64,000 nucleotides of DNA, taken from IMG/VR virus record IMGVR_UViG_2585427591_000001, positions 1-64,000 of that record; one strand, 5' to 3'. Numbering within the stretch: position 1 is the first letter of the stretch; the number at the start of each line of letters is the position of its first letter. A program made the position numbers and the translations under genes. This document shows positions 1 to 8,993 of this stretch, piece after piece. Below the pieces are notes generated by a model. That model saw only the letters and a list, made by a program, of their open reading frames with translations. It ran no database searches and was not told the origin of the DNA. The DNA comes from a virus (taxonomy: Duplodnaviria; Caudoviricetes).

Positions 1-292
1 TGTTTCTCATCCCGCCGCCACATATTTCGTTCGCGCAACAGGAATGAGCATGATGGATGCCGGGATCTATGAGGGTTCGCTGTTAGTCGTTGATCGGAGT
101 CTGCGGGCAAAGCATGGGGATATCATCATTGCGTCGATTGCGGGTGAATACACTGTTAAACGCTTATGTCTGGAACCCGTCGTAAAGCTTGTGCCGATGA
201 ACCCCGATTTCCCGCCGATAATCTTGCATGACGGCGGCGACGATCTTGAGGTGTTCGGCGTCGTGACGTTCAGTATTAACGGGTTTCAGTAA
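1..292 (+). CDS. umuD: UmuD, DNA polymerase V accessory subunit (S24 peptidase), 5'-truncated by the window
   Basis: Open frame from base 2 ([21 protein letters not shown]...GEYTVKRL) with catalytic Ser and Lys motifs; its stop overlaps the umuC start. Confidence 0.93.
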   Translation, partial: VSHPAATYFVRATGMSMMDAGIYEGSLLVVDRSLRAKHGDIIIASIAGEYTVKRLCLEPVVKLVPMNPDFPPIILHDGGDDLEVFGVVTFSINGFQ

Positions 293-1557
293 TGTTCGCA
301 CTGGCTGACGTGAATAGCTTCTATGCCAGTTGCGAGACCGTTTTCCGGCCAGACTTGCGCGGGCGGCCGGTCGTCGTTCTCAGTAACAATGATGGCTGCG
401 TAATTGCTCGCAGTGCAGAAGCCAAAAAATTGGGGATCAAGATGGGTGATGCGTTTTTCAAAATGCGTCACGAATTTGAACGTCACAATGTCGTTGTTTT
501 CAGTAGTAATTATGCGCTGTACGCTGATATGTCACACCGTGTTATGACCGTTTTAGAAGAAATGAGCCCGCAAGTCGAAGTTTACTCAATTGATGAAAGT
601 TTCATGAACCTGACCGGTGTCAGTAACTGTAAGAACCTGGAGGAATTCGGCCGCGAAGTCAGGGCAAAGGTTTTGCAGTGGACGGGGCTGACCGTCGGTG
701 TGGGCATCGGGCAGACTAAAACGCTGGCAAAGCTGGCTAATTACGCTGCGAAGAAATGGACAAAGACGGGCGGTGTTGTTGATCTCTCGATGCTGGCGCG
801 GCAACGTAAATTAATGGCGCTGGTTGAGGTGGGAGAGGTCTGGGGCGTTGGCCGTCGCATATCGAAAAAGCTGAATGATATGGGAATTAAAACCGCGCTA
901 CAGCTTGCAGATGCCCCGACAGCGCTTATACGGAAGCACTTTAATGTAGTGTTGGAACGTACAGTGCGTGAACTGCGCGGTGAGCCGTGTTTAGAGATCG
1001 AGGAGTTTGCGCCAACAAAACAGCAGATCGTGTGTTCACGGTCATTCGGTGATCGAGTAACGGAATACGACTTGATGCGCGAAGCGATCTGCAGTCACGC
1101 GGTCCGGGCAGCTGAAAAACTCCGGGGCGAGCGTCAATACTGCCGGCACATCTCGGCATTCATCAAAACCAGCCCTTTTGCCGTAAATGAAGTCTATTTC
1201 GGCAAGACGGCCGGAACAAAATTACAGACGCCAACGCAAGACAGCCGCGACATAGTTGCCGCTGCAACGCAATGTCTGGACGCGATCTGGAAAGATGGGC
1301 ATAGATTTCAAAAGTGTGGCGTGATGCTCGGTGACTTTTACAGCCAGGGCGTCGCGCAGCTGGGGTTATTCGACGAATACCGGCCGCGCGCGAACAGTGA
1401 ACAGCTGATGGCCGCACTGGATGGCATCAACCACAGTGGCAAAGGCCGGGTATGGTTTGCCGGGCAAGGAATACAAAGAAGCTGGGAGATGAAGCGAGAG
1501 ATGCTTTCCCCGGCTTACACCACGCGTTTCAGTGATCTGATGCGCGTGAGGATTTAA
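292..1557 (+). CDS. umuC: UmuC, Y-family DNA polymerase V catalytic subunit
   Basis: [32 protein letters not shown] and C-terminal LSPAYTT motifs. Confidence 0.97.
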   Translation: MFALADVNSFYASCETVFRPDLRGRPVVVLSNNDGCVIARSAEAKKLGIKMGDAFFKMRHEFERHNVVVFSSNYALYADMSHRVMTVLEEMSPQVEVYSIDESFMNLTGVSNCKNLEEFGREVRAKVLQWTGLTVGVGIGQTKTLAKLANYAAKKWTKTGGVVDLSMLARQRKLMALVEVGEVWGVGRRISKKLNDMGIKTALQLADAPTALIRKHFNVVLERTVRELRGEPCLEIEEFAPTKQQIVCSRSFGDRVTEYDLMREAICSHAVRAAEKLRGERQYCRHISAFIKTSPFAVNEVYFGKTAGTKLQTPTQDSRDIVAAATQCLDAIWKDGHRFQKCGVMLGDFYSQGVAQLGLFDEYRPRANSEQLMAALDGINHSGKGRVWFAGQGIQRSWEMKREMLSPAYTTRFSDLMRVRI

Positions 1558-1799
1558 ATGTGAAATGTTGATTGAAGTACAAACATCAACCACAAAACTA
1601 ACAACAAAATATTCCTAAAACTATTCCTGTTGTTTTAATTGATTGATTTAAATGAACATAAAAAAACCGCCCCTGGGGGCGACTCTCAAATGTTACTAGA
1701 TTAACTAACTCTAACCATAGCGTTAGAAAGGTTTATGCCTTAAAGTCATAAAGTAGGTCGCCTATCTGGTGTTAGACCGCTAATCGAAGCACCGCATTG

Positions 1800-1829
1800 A
1801 ACCCGCCTGATGGCGGGTTTTTTGTTTTT
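1800..1829 (+). terminator. Intrinsic terminator
   Basis: AACCCGCC-TGAT-GGCGGGTT hairpin followed by a T-tract. Confidence 0.7.
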
Positions 1830-2023
1830 GTGGGTGAAGGGCTGCCTGCGCATTTCTGCTTTTGGGGCATTTATGGGGCAATCGTAGGAATAATGCAGCG
1901 CAATAATGGAATATCGCAGATTTTGAATACGCCCGTTCAGCATTTTAAAAATGCACAACAGGCGGAAGGCTTTTAGTGAGATTCGTGGTTTTCCTGATAC
2001 ACACATAGATGCGTATACGCCGC

Positions 2024-2731
2024 CTACACCAGCGGATCATTTATCGGCTCGATCAGTGCCGGCGTATTATTCCGAACGCTTCCCACCTGCTTACCTACCG
2101 GGTGCCACTTAAATTTACCGGGTGGTACCGCTTCCTTCTGAGCGATTTCAAGCGCGCGTGCTGGCGCGGTATCGCTGTTCAGCCATTCCAGCGCCTGCGC
2201 GCGATCCAGAACGAGTGGCCGGCGGTCATGGATATCGAGTAACCCCTCATCGCTTGCGGCCGTGACGATAACAAAGCCGTCATCTGCTGGCGGCTCGGCG
2301 GCATCCGGGTGGAACCGGCTAATCGCTGCGAAGAACAACGGCGTATGCGATTTGTGGTAGATGAAATACGGCTGTTTAATTTTCGGATCCGCGGGGTCCT
2401 TCTTCCATTCATACCAACCGTCGGCCATCACCAGCGCGCGGCCGTTCTCAAATAGCGGTTTAAACATGCGGCTCGTTGCCACCGTTTCGACGCGCGCATT
2501 GATCATCGGCGGCCGCTTTGATTCCTTCGCCCAGGCGGGCTGGTATCCCCAGTGAACGGGGTCCAGGTAGATCTGATCATCCCGTTGGTTCAGTAGAAGA
2601 ACGCGTGAGCTCGGTGCCACGTTGTAGCGGTCGATGGGTATATCATCTATTGCGCTGGCGAACTCCTTATCAGGGGCCAGGACTTCGATGTAATGCGAGC
2701 GGGGCTCGTACTGGGTGAAGCGTCCACACAT
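2024..2731 (-). CDS. yedK: SOS response-associated peptidase (SRAP/YedK/HMCES family abasic-site protecting protein)
   Basis: N-terminal MCGRF, RYNVAP, INARVET, GWYEW and IHDRRP motifs. Confidence 0.95.
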   Translation of the reverse strand: MCGRFTQYEPRSHYIEVLAPDKEFASAIDDIPIDRYNVAPSSRVLLLNQRDDQIYLDPVHWGYQPAWAKESKRPPMINARVETVATSRMFKPLFENGRALVMADGWYEWKKDPADPKIKQPYFIYHKSHTPLFFAAISRFHPDAAEPPADDGFVIVTAASDEGLLDIHDRRPLVLDRAQALEWLNSDTAPARALEIAQKEAVPPGKFKWHPVGKQVGSVRNNTPALIEPINDPLV

Positions 2732-2859
2732 ATAAAATCCCTCCGTTGCAAGGTTTTAAGTATAGACATGGCGTTTACGTGATGAGGCGCAATGCTGATA
2801 TCCAGCGGGGATGAAAAATTGCTGGGGAACGTCTTCACCTTTGTTAATTTCACCTTTAC

Positions 2860-2910
2860 TTGAAACTATAGCTAATAGGCTATAGTATTGAATATAGCTA
2901 ATAGGCTATA
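2860..2910 (+). promoter_or_regulatory. Toxin-antitoxin promoter with two palindromic operators
   Basis: TTGAAA (2860)-17 bp-TAGTAT (2883), overlapped by two copies of TATAGCTAATAGGCTATA (2867-2884, 2893-2910). Confidence 0.8.
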
Positions 2911-2923
2911 GGGACATAACCAT

Positions 2924-3274
2924 ATGTGGGAAGTGATAACAACTGATTGCTTTGATGAGTGGTTTCTCAAACAAGATGTAGAGTTGAGAACTGCTATATA
3001 TGCCTCAATGGGTATTCTTGAAGAGATTGGCCCGCAGTTAGGCAGGCCACACGTTGATACCCTGAATGGCTCCGCGTTCCCGAACATGAAAGAACTGCGG
3101 GTTCAATATGCTGGCAATCCAATCCGAGCCTTTTTTGCTTTCGATCCTGACCGCCAAGCCATCGTTTTGTGCGCCGGTGATAAGACAGGGTTAAAGGAAA
3201 AGCAGTTCTATAAAGACATGATCCAACTGGCTGATAATGAATACAGGAAACACCTGGCCGAACGGGAGAAATAA
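2924..3274 (+). CDS. higB: RelE/HigB-family (Gp49-like) toxin
   Basis: GPQLGRPHVDTL, NMKELR, AFDPDRQAIVLCAGDK motifs; toxin precedes an HTH antitoxin. Confidence 0.88.
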   Translation: MWEVITTDCFDEWFLKQDVELRTAIYASMGILEEIGPQLGRPHVDTLNGSAFPNMKELRVQYAGNPIRAFFAFDPDRQAIVLCAGDKTGLKEKQFYKDMIQLADNEYRKHLAEREK

Positions 3275-3275
3275 A

Positions 3276-3575
3276 ATGAGTAGCTTCAGAGAATTACTTG
3301 CGAAAGAAACCACAGAAGTTCAAGCGCAGGTCGCCGCACAGGTTGAAGATATGCGCCGTGAGGTGGGATTGTCTCAGCTGCGTGAAGAACTGAGCCTTTC
3401 ACAAACGCAGGTTGCAGCCGCGATGGGTATCAAACAGCCATCAGTGGCGAAGATGGAACAGCCGGATAATGATCCGCGCCTCTCAACCTTAAAACGCTAC
3501 GTTGCAGCCCTGGGTGGCGAACTCAGCCTTGATGTGACTTTGCCGAGTGGCAAGCGTGTAGCGTTCCATATCTGA
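3276..3575 (+). CDS. higA: XRE-family HTH antitoxin (HigA-like)
   Basis: LSQLREELSLSQTQVAAAMGIKQPSVAKME HTH and RLSTLKRYVAALGG; ATG at 3276 directly after the toxin stop. Confidence 0.87.
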   Translation: MSSFRELLAKETTEVQAQVAAQVEDMRREVGLSQLREELSLSQTQVAAAMGIKQPSVAKMEQPDNDPRLSTLKRYVAALGGELSLDVTLPSGKRVAFHI

Positions 3576-3843
3576 TATTAAATGAGCAAGGCGTATTCAG
3601 ATACCGCCTTGCTCACCCTCCTGATTTTTATTCATTACCCGTCTTTGTATTTTGTAATGCGAGCTGGTCTCGTTCTGCGTGAAACGTCCAACTATAAAAT
3701 ACCCCTCGTTACCAGATTTTAAGTAAAAGTAATGTGATAAACGTAACCCATGAACCAATGGTGCTAATCATGGGAGGGTACATATTGCTTGCTTATGAAT
3801 GCGGCAGTATTCTAAATCCACTAAAACTATATGGATATTACGA

Positions 3844-4293
3844 ATGGATACGGTAGAAGAACTTAATGGAACGTATTTTTATAAAGGTGTCTGCAATATC
3901 TCAGCCGGTGAGCTTTTCTTTTGGATCTTTCTTGATGAAATTGGAGAGCAATTCGGAGGGATTATGGATTTGGGCGCTATGGCGCTGATCATACTTGGGC
4001 AACCAATTATCGGCACCCGTGGAAAAATAGCATTAACAACAAAGGGGACGTCGATAGCATCACTGGCCTCAAGACGTTATCTTGACCATACATTGCCTTT
4101 CCAATTGCCAACATTCACAAACGCATCTATCAGAACGCTAAAACCAATGTATGTTAATAATTTGGGTGCTTTCGTAGGAAGGGCTGTTCCGGTTGTAGGC
4201 TGGGTCCTGCTTGCAAGTGATGTTGCATTAATCGCTTTTAAGACAACATCTCACTATAACAAAATAGCACGCGGAAATGATAAAATATGGTAA
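3844..4293 (+). CDS. STM2901-family putative membrane protein
   Basis: MDTVEELNGTYFY start, GTSIAS and LGAFVGRAVPVVGW motifs as recalled for this family. Confidence 0.8.
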   Translation: MDTVEELNGTYFYKGVCNISAGELFFWIFLDEIGEQFGGIMDLGAMALIILGQPIIGTRGKIALTTKGTSIASLASRRYLDHTLPFQLPTFTNASIRTLKPMYVNNLGAFVGRAVPVVGWVLLASDVALIAFKTTSHYNKIARGNDKIW

Positions 4294-4616
4294 CAGACGA
4301 AGAAGTATTGTTATTTTTTCGCAAAGAGTTATCCACCCTTGGAACGTGGTATTTTAAAAAAATACCGCTCCAAATTGATACTGTTCTTCAGGATTATGCG
4401 TTAGACACGACTGAGTTTATTGAGGCGATTGAAAAATACGACGAAGTGTTTGGGGTAGATGTTTCGAAAATGCACTGGAATAGTTATTACCCTTGGGAAG
4501 TGGAGTGGTTTTACCGGAAATGGTTTACGAAAAGTCCTATAAACCAGGCTAAAAAGCCACTCACAATCAAGATGTTTGCCGAATCTGCACGGGCCGGAAA
4601 GTGGCTTTATGATTAA
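4287..4616 (+). CDS. DUF1493-family protein (possible immunity partner)
   Basis: C-terminal PLTIKMFAESARAGKWLYD signature; overlaps the upstream gene. Confidence 0.8.
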   Translation: MVTDEEVLLFFRKELSTLGTWYFKKIPLQIDTVLQDYALDTTEFIEAIEKYDEVFGVDVSKMHWNSYYPWEVEWFYRKWFTKSPINQAKKPLTIKMFAESARAGKWLYD

Positions 4617-4644
4617 GGGGCTTACGCCCCTTCTAAATTGCTTT

Positions 4645-5124
4645 CTATGCTTTATCGTTCCATGCATCTGAAAATTGTATGTTTCCGTCACAATATTTCC
4701 ACGTGATTTTTTCATACCGGAATTGAACGGACTCAATGTGGCCAGTACCGATGACGGTAGATATATCGTGCATTACGGGGGTTATCGAAACGACTTTCAC
4801 ACCTTCAAGGTGCATGATGAAATACTCAACTTCCTGGCCAGCATCGTTGATACGATACCATTTCAGCACGGCTGATTGGAAAGTTTGTCCAGATGAGACG
4901 GCCTTATAGAGATAAGGACTTGAAGAATCAAATTCCTTTTCTATAAGCATTGCGGAATGCAAGCGTGTGCCGGTCAATTTCCCCGTATTATTATCTGTTG
5001 GGATGTTCAGGTTATGGGTAAACCCTCGCACCTCAATACTGCCTTCGCGATTATTTACATCTACTGAACCCTTGATGTCCGTTCCGCCGTCGTCTTTAAG
5101 CCATAAGTAAGCTGGGATTGCCAT
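4645..5124 (-). CDS. hcp: Orphan Hcp (type VI secretion tube protein family)
   Basis: MAIPAYLWLKDDGG...TGKLTGTRLH...KEFDSSSPYLYKAV...WYRINDAGQEVEYF...YEKITW. Confidence 0.95.
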   Translation of the reverse strand: MAIPAYLWLKDDGGTDIKGSVDVNNREGSIEVRGFTHNLNIPTDNNTGKLTGTRLHSAMLIEKEFDSSSPYLYKAVSSGQTFQSAVLKWYRINDAGQEVEYFIMHLEGVKVVSITPVMHDISTVIGTGHIESVQFRYEKITWKYCDGNIQFSDAWNDKA

Positions 5125-5776
5125 CTTGATAAATTCCATTTTTAAAAGTGAGGCATAACGTTATGCCTCAATGTCTTGGCATACAATAAATTGGTCTGTA
5201 AAAATGTAATTTTCAGAAGTTTATTATTGAGGATCGAGCGTCATTGCTGGCGCTCAATAGGGAAGGGGGTAAATATTTTAAAAAGTGGATGCGCATCCTT
5301 ACAAAAGGGTCGTCCTAGCGGTGCTATGTACGCCGCAGGGGGATAATAGGTGAACCGGTGCATTAATAAAGTAAGCCGTTCAAATGTTGGAATGCGCCTC
5401 GCAAAATATCCACCTTCTTAATTAATAATCATGTTGCTCATGTTTAAACTAACCCTGGCGGATACATTCCGTATGATTTGGAATGGCCGGAATTTGATTT
5501 AAGTCACAAATATTTAAAGTAATTAGGGTGAGTGTGGGGCGATAAAGCGCGTTTTAACTTGAAAATAGCGGTTTATTATTGGCGTGGGATATATATATCG
5601 ATGCTAATATAGGGTGGTTGTATTTTATTTCAGGCTATATATTCGTATTAATTATGGTTCAAGAGTAATGGTGGCGCGATTGTGGCCGTATTCTGGGCGT
5701 TTGCGGGCTGGCATCTTATAGGCCGGTTGTCACAACCTCAGTCGCGCCGCCACCCGCTGAGCGCTATCACGCAGGT

Positions 5777-5977
5777 TTAACCTTTGGCAAAAAGCTCTCT
5801 GTGGTGAGCTATCTGCTCATGGAAGTATGCCTGCAGGTGCTCTGGTTGCTTCTGCTCGATCGCGTGTATATCCGGTTCATTGCCGTTCATTTCATTGATG
5901 ACGAAGTGCCCGGCAGCTTTGGACGTTTTGATTTTTTCCTGGATATCTTTTGGTAAACCGTTTGTTTTATATGACAT
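5777..5977 (-). CDS. hot: DNA polymerase III theta subunit homolog (HolE / P1 Hot)
   Basis: AIEQKQPEHLQAYFHEQIAHHR aligns with recalled HolE [22 protein letters not shown]; 66 aa; RBS present. Confidence 0.8.
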   Translation of the reverse strand: MSYKTNGLPKDIQEKIKTSKAAGHFVINEMNGNEPDIHAIEQKQPEHLQAYFHEQIAHHRELFAKG

Positions 5978-6118
5978 ATAGCCCCCTTCCTTTTATTGGG
6001 TGATTTTAGCACTGACGGTGCTTTTCCCTATGAGATTTAAATCTCTTTATCCACTGACGTTCTGCGCCCTGGCTTTGAATGAGCCAAGCCCCCATTAGCC
6101 GCCATTTGTTTGACGGTG

Positions 6119-6228
6119 ATGCGCATACCGAACACATTACGGATATCTGTTAAGCGCACAACATGCGCCTTTTGTGTGTACGTTGTGCATCTTACGGATA
6201 TCTGTTGTGCATCTCAAGTGCATCTGAA
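6119..6228. repeat. Array of ten degenerate octamers at an exact 11-bp period
   Basis: Octamers start at 6119, 6130, 6141, 6152, 6163, 6174, 6185, 6196, 6207, 6218 (ATGCGCAT, GAACACAT, GGATATCT, AAGCGCAC, ATGCGCCT, GTGTGTAC, GTGCATCT, GGATATCT, GTGCATCT, GTGCATCT). Confidence 0.8.
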
Positions 6229-6252
6229 AATTATCTAAACAGCAATTTTAAC

Positions 6253-6280
6253 TTGTAGCCAAATTCTAATAAGCTATCAT
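6253..6280 (+). promoter_or_regulatory. immI promoter overlapped by a putative C1 operator
   Basis: TTGTAG...TATCAT promoter with TAGCCAAATTCTAAT at 6256-6270. Confidence 0.65.
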
Positions 6281-6344
6281 CTGTGAATGTGTTGTCGTCT
6301 TGAAAATGAACCGTTGACGCGGTTCAGGTGTTGCGGGTAGCGTG

Positions 6345-6427
6345 ATCGGGCTGTAGCAAAATCTACAGTCGGGATTGACCTCCTGAAACTGCACAAGGCG
6401 ACACCAGACGCGCCAGCGTCTTTTTTA
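6345..6427 (+). promoter_or_regulatory. C4 target leader (a1/b1 sites) and terminator
   Basis: Hairpins plus TTGACCT (6375-6381) and GCACAAGG (6391-6398), which are complementary to C4 segments; GACGC-GCCA-GCGTC-T6 terminator. Confidence 0.75.
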
Positions 6428-6454
6428 TCGTCTGTATTCTTCGCACCCAAATTA

Positions 6455-6532
6455 TGGTGGGCTGAATGGGGGAGCTGCAAAGCTCGCCGGTTACCTTGTG
6501 CGCCGGTAAGGTCAACTCTGTTCAGCCCACCA
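6455..6532 (+). ncRNA. c4: C4 antisense RNA (P1/P7 immI type)
   Basis: TGGTGGGCTGAATGGGG...CTCTGTTCAGCCCACCA closing stem and GAGCT-GCAA-AGCTC hairpin. CCTTGTGC (6494-6501) and AGGTCAA (6509-6515) are complementary to the upstream targets and to downstream TTGACCT (6542) / GCACTCGG (6572, partial). Confidence 0.9.
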
Positions 6533-6588
6533 CCAGTTAGATTGACCTCTTCGGTAGTGGGATTGTTTTTCGCACTCGGAGGCTGCCA

Positions 6589-7059
6589 ATGATGGCTACT
6601 ATCCCTACCTATGCTCAATCCAACACGGACGAGCTGCTTCACCTCACCGTTACAACCCTTCGTAAAATGATGTCTCTTAGTCTTGCTGATCCAGATTGTG
6701 CCGCCGCTATGGCTGCGCGGATTATGGCGCTACAGGATGACGGACCGGCCACAATTTCAGACGCGCATTTACGCCTGGACAGTATTAAGCGGGCGATCTG
6801 GCAAGTCTGGGATAGTCAGCTGGTAGAATACCGGCGTTCAATCGAACTCGATGACGATCTCGACATCTCTCCTGAAAATTCTCTCTCATTTATTTTTTCC
6901 CGGTTTACCCAGCTGCGAGCCCTGATCAATGCCAGCCGGGGTATTCTTGAACCCCTGGGCAGTAACTGCTATCTCGATGACGTTAGCCAACTGCTCATAA
7001 CAGCAAGTGACATCACCAATACCTGTATTCGCCTTCCTGTTTTCGCGGAGGCCATGTGA
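6589..7059 (+). CDS. Protein at the icd position (Icd-like MATIPT N-terminus, otherwise unrecognised helical protein)
   Basis: First ORF after C4; its GGAGG RBS overlaps a C4 target; coupled to ant. Confidence 0.7.
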   Translation: MMATIPTYAQSNTDELLHLTVTTLRKMMSLSLADPDCAAAMAARIMALQDDGPATISDAHLRLDSIKRAIWQVWDSQLVEYRRSIELDDDLDISPENSLSFIFSRFTQLRALINASRGILEPLGSNCYLDDVSQLLITASDITNTCIRLPVFAEAM

Positions 7060-8228
7060 TGAAAAAGCTGACTACCACAACTGAAACTTTCATCGATACC
7101 CAAACCCTGTTGGCGCTGGTTAATCAGTCCCGCAAAGAGTCGGGTGAGCCAGGCGTGCGAAATAACAATTTCATCCAAAAGGTGTTGGATGAACTCCATG
7201 GGGAATTTTACCAGACGAAAGCAAAGCCTTCAGGGGGGCGTTCTGGCCGGCCTTGCGAAGTTATTACAATGAGCTACAAGCGGGCCTTACGCGTGGCCGC
7301 GCGCGAGTCGAAAGCGGTCCGGCGCACGTTGGTTGATAAGCTGGAAGCGCTGCAAACCCCTGGCGGCGTTCTGCCAGCAGGCCAGCCTGCTTTTGCTTTG
7401 GATAAAGTAGAGGAGTTGCTTTCTGCGGTTGGCGCTAATCAACAGTGCGGAGCGGTAACAATGACCAGTAGCGAGATTGCAGAACTGACCGGTAAACGGC
7501 ATGGGAATGTTGTTCGCGATGTTTGGGTGATGCTGGCTGATTTGCACAAGATAACAAAAGATGAATCACTTATGAGGCATCGGTCGTTAATCCTTGCACC
7601 AGGTGTATCAATTTCATTTGATGCCCGCGGCTATGTGGGCTGCTTCACCCTGGATCGCAATCACGTCGAATGCCTGCTAATGGGGTATAGCGCGACTCTC
7701 CGCATGAAGGTCCTAGCACGCCTGCGCGAACTGGAAGAAAACGCCGCAACTCCGCCAGCTGTGCCAGCACCTATGGCGCCATCCTTGCCAGCGGAAACAA
7801 TCAGCGCGGGGATCGCGCTGCTCGATGGCAGTAAAAAGCTTCTCCACCTTTCTGACAGTTCGATCCTGGCTGGCCTGCGTCGCCTTCAGACGGCAACCGG
7901 CTTGCCTGATCTGCTGCCAGGTTACGCCATCGATGCGCCACCGGACGCGACCGGGGGTAGCAGTGAGCCAACGGCCGCATTGCGCCAGCTGCTGAGCCAG
8001 CACGGTATAAAGCTTTCACCGCAAAAGGCATACGCCATTCTGGCTGGCGCTGGCATTGTTGAACAGAAGACGCGGACCAGCACCCGCGGCGAGAAGCATT
8101 TCTGGTGTGTGACTGAAAAGGGGATGTTATACGGCAAAAACCTGACGTCTCCGGGCAATCCGCGACAGACCCAACCCCACTTCTATGAGGCGAAGTTCTC
8201 AACGCTTTCTGCGTTGCTGACCCGCTGA
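7056..8228 (+). CDS. ant: Antirepressor (P1 Ant2-like N-domain, Rha-like domain, C-terminal DNA-binding domain)
   Basis: IDTQTLLALVNQSR...ALRVAARESKAVRR (Ant2-like), MTSSEIAELTGKRHGNVVRD (Rha-like), YGKNLTSPGNPRQTQPHFY. Confidence 0.85.
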   Translation: MMKKLTTTTETFIDTQTLLALVNQSRKESGEPGVRNNNFIQKVLDELHGEFYQTKAKPSGGRSGRPCEVITMSYKRALRVAARESKAVRRTLVDKLEALQTPGGVLPAGQPAFALDKVEELLSAVGANQQCGAVTMTSSEIAELTGKRHGNVVRDVWVMLADLHKITKDESLMRHRSLILAPGVSISFDARGYVGCFTLDRNHVECLLMGYSATLRMKVLARLRELEENAATPPAVPAPMAPSLPAETISAGIALLDGSKKLLHLSDSSILAGLRRLQTATGLPDLLPGYAIDAPPDATGGSSEPTAALRQLLSQHGIKLSPQKAYAILAGAGIVEQKTRTSTRGEKHFWCVTEKGMLYGKNLTSPGNPRQTQPHFYEAKFSTLSALLTR

Positions 8229-8277
8229 TCCCCTGATAGATCCTTCCCGCACAAGGCGGGGAGGATGCTTTTCACTA

Positions 8278-8350
8278 TGTACGGACGCAGTACGGACATT
8301 TGACGGCACAGAAAATAAGCGCTATAGTGGTTTCCGTACATTGTACGGAC
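8278..8350 (+). promoter_or_regulatory. Promoter and RHH-antitoxin operator of the GNAT toxin-antitoxin operon
   Basis: TTGACG (8300)-17-TATAGT (8323), flanked by GTACGGAC direct repeats and the palindrome TCCGTACA-T-TGTACGGA (8333-8349). Confidence 0.75.
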
Positions 8351-8639
8351 TTAAAATATTAACTTTATGTTCATTATAAAAATGTGAAAAAATTCAAAGA
8401 GATACATTAAATTCTATCAATCCAGTACTCAATTAAATACTCAAATTAGCACTCAATTAAACTCACAAGTAAGGATTCATAAAATGGCACTTTCTAACAG
8501 CTGCAGCACTCGAGGAAATTTAGTTCGGTCCCAAAATAGGAGCATTAGACACATAAATGGAATTACTACCCGTCATCGAAGACAAATTTAACCAGTAAGG
8601 AGGTGCATTGATTTTATTGACAAATATAAGGGTTATTGT

Positions 8640-8993
8640 ATGCGAAACAACCACTTGCGTGGTGGTTCATCAAGCACGGCTTCGGCCACCGCGATTAGGG
8701 AAGTAGAAGTATCACCTGAAGTGAAAAGCACTCGTCTGGAGTTGCGGACCACGACAGACTTTAAAGAAAAAGTACGCTCTGCATCCGCTCTACTTGGGCT
8801 TGATATGAGTTCGTTTATTGTTTTAGCAGCCACGGATTTAGCTCAGAAAACGATGGATAACCAACGCATTCGTTTACTGACAGAAGAGGCTTGGGACAAA
8901 TTGAACGCACTGATTGATGCGCCTGTTGTTGAACGAGATGATGAACTGGAGCGGTTAATGCTGAGGAAGCGCCGTTATGTCGTCCGACAATGA
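8640..8993 (+). CDS. DUF1778 RHH antitoxin (TacA/AtaR/KacA family)
   Basis: KSTRLELRTT...ASALLGLDMSSFIVLAA...LTEEAWDKLNALIDAP...ELERLM. Confidence 0.85.
   Translation: MRNNHLRGGSSSTASATAIREVEVSPEVKSTRLELRTTTDFKEKVRSASALLGLDMSSFIVLAATDLAQKTMDNQRIRLLTEEAWDKLNALIDAPVVERDDELERLMLRKRRYVVRQ

Noticed and set aside
6277-6642. 121-aa minus-strand ORF across the C4 region
   Set aside because: Shadow of the structured C4/target RNA region (ash-type spurious ORF).
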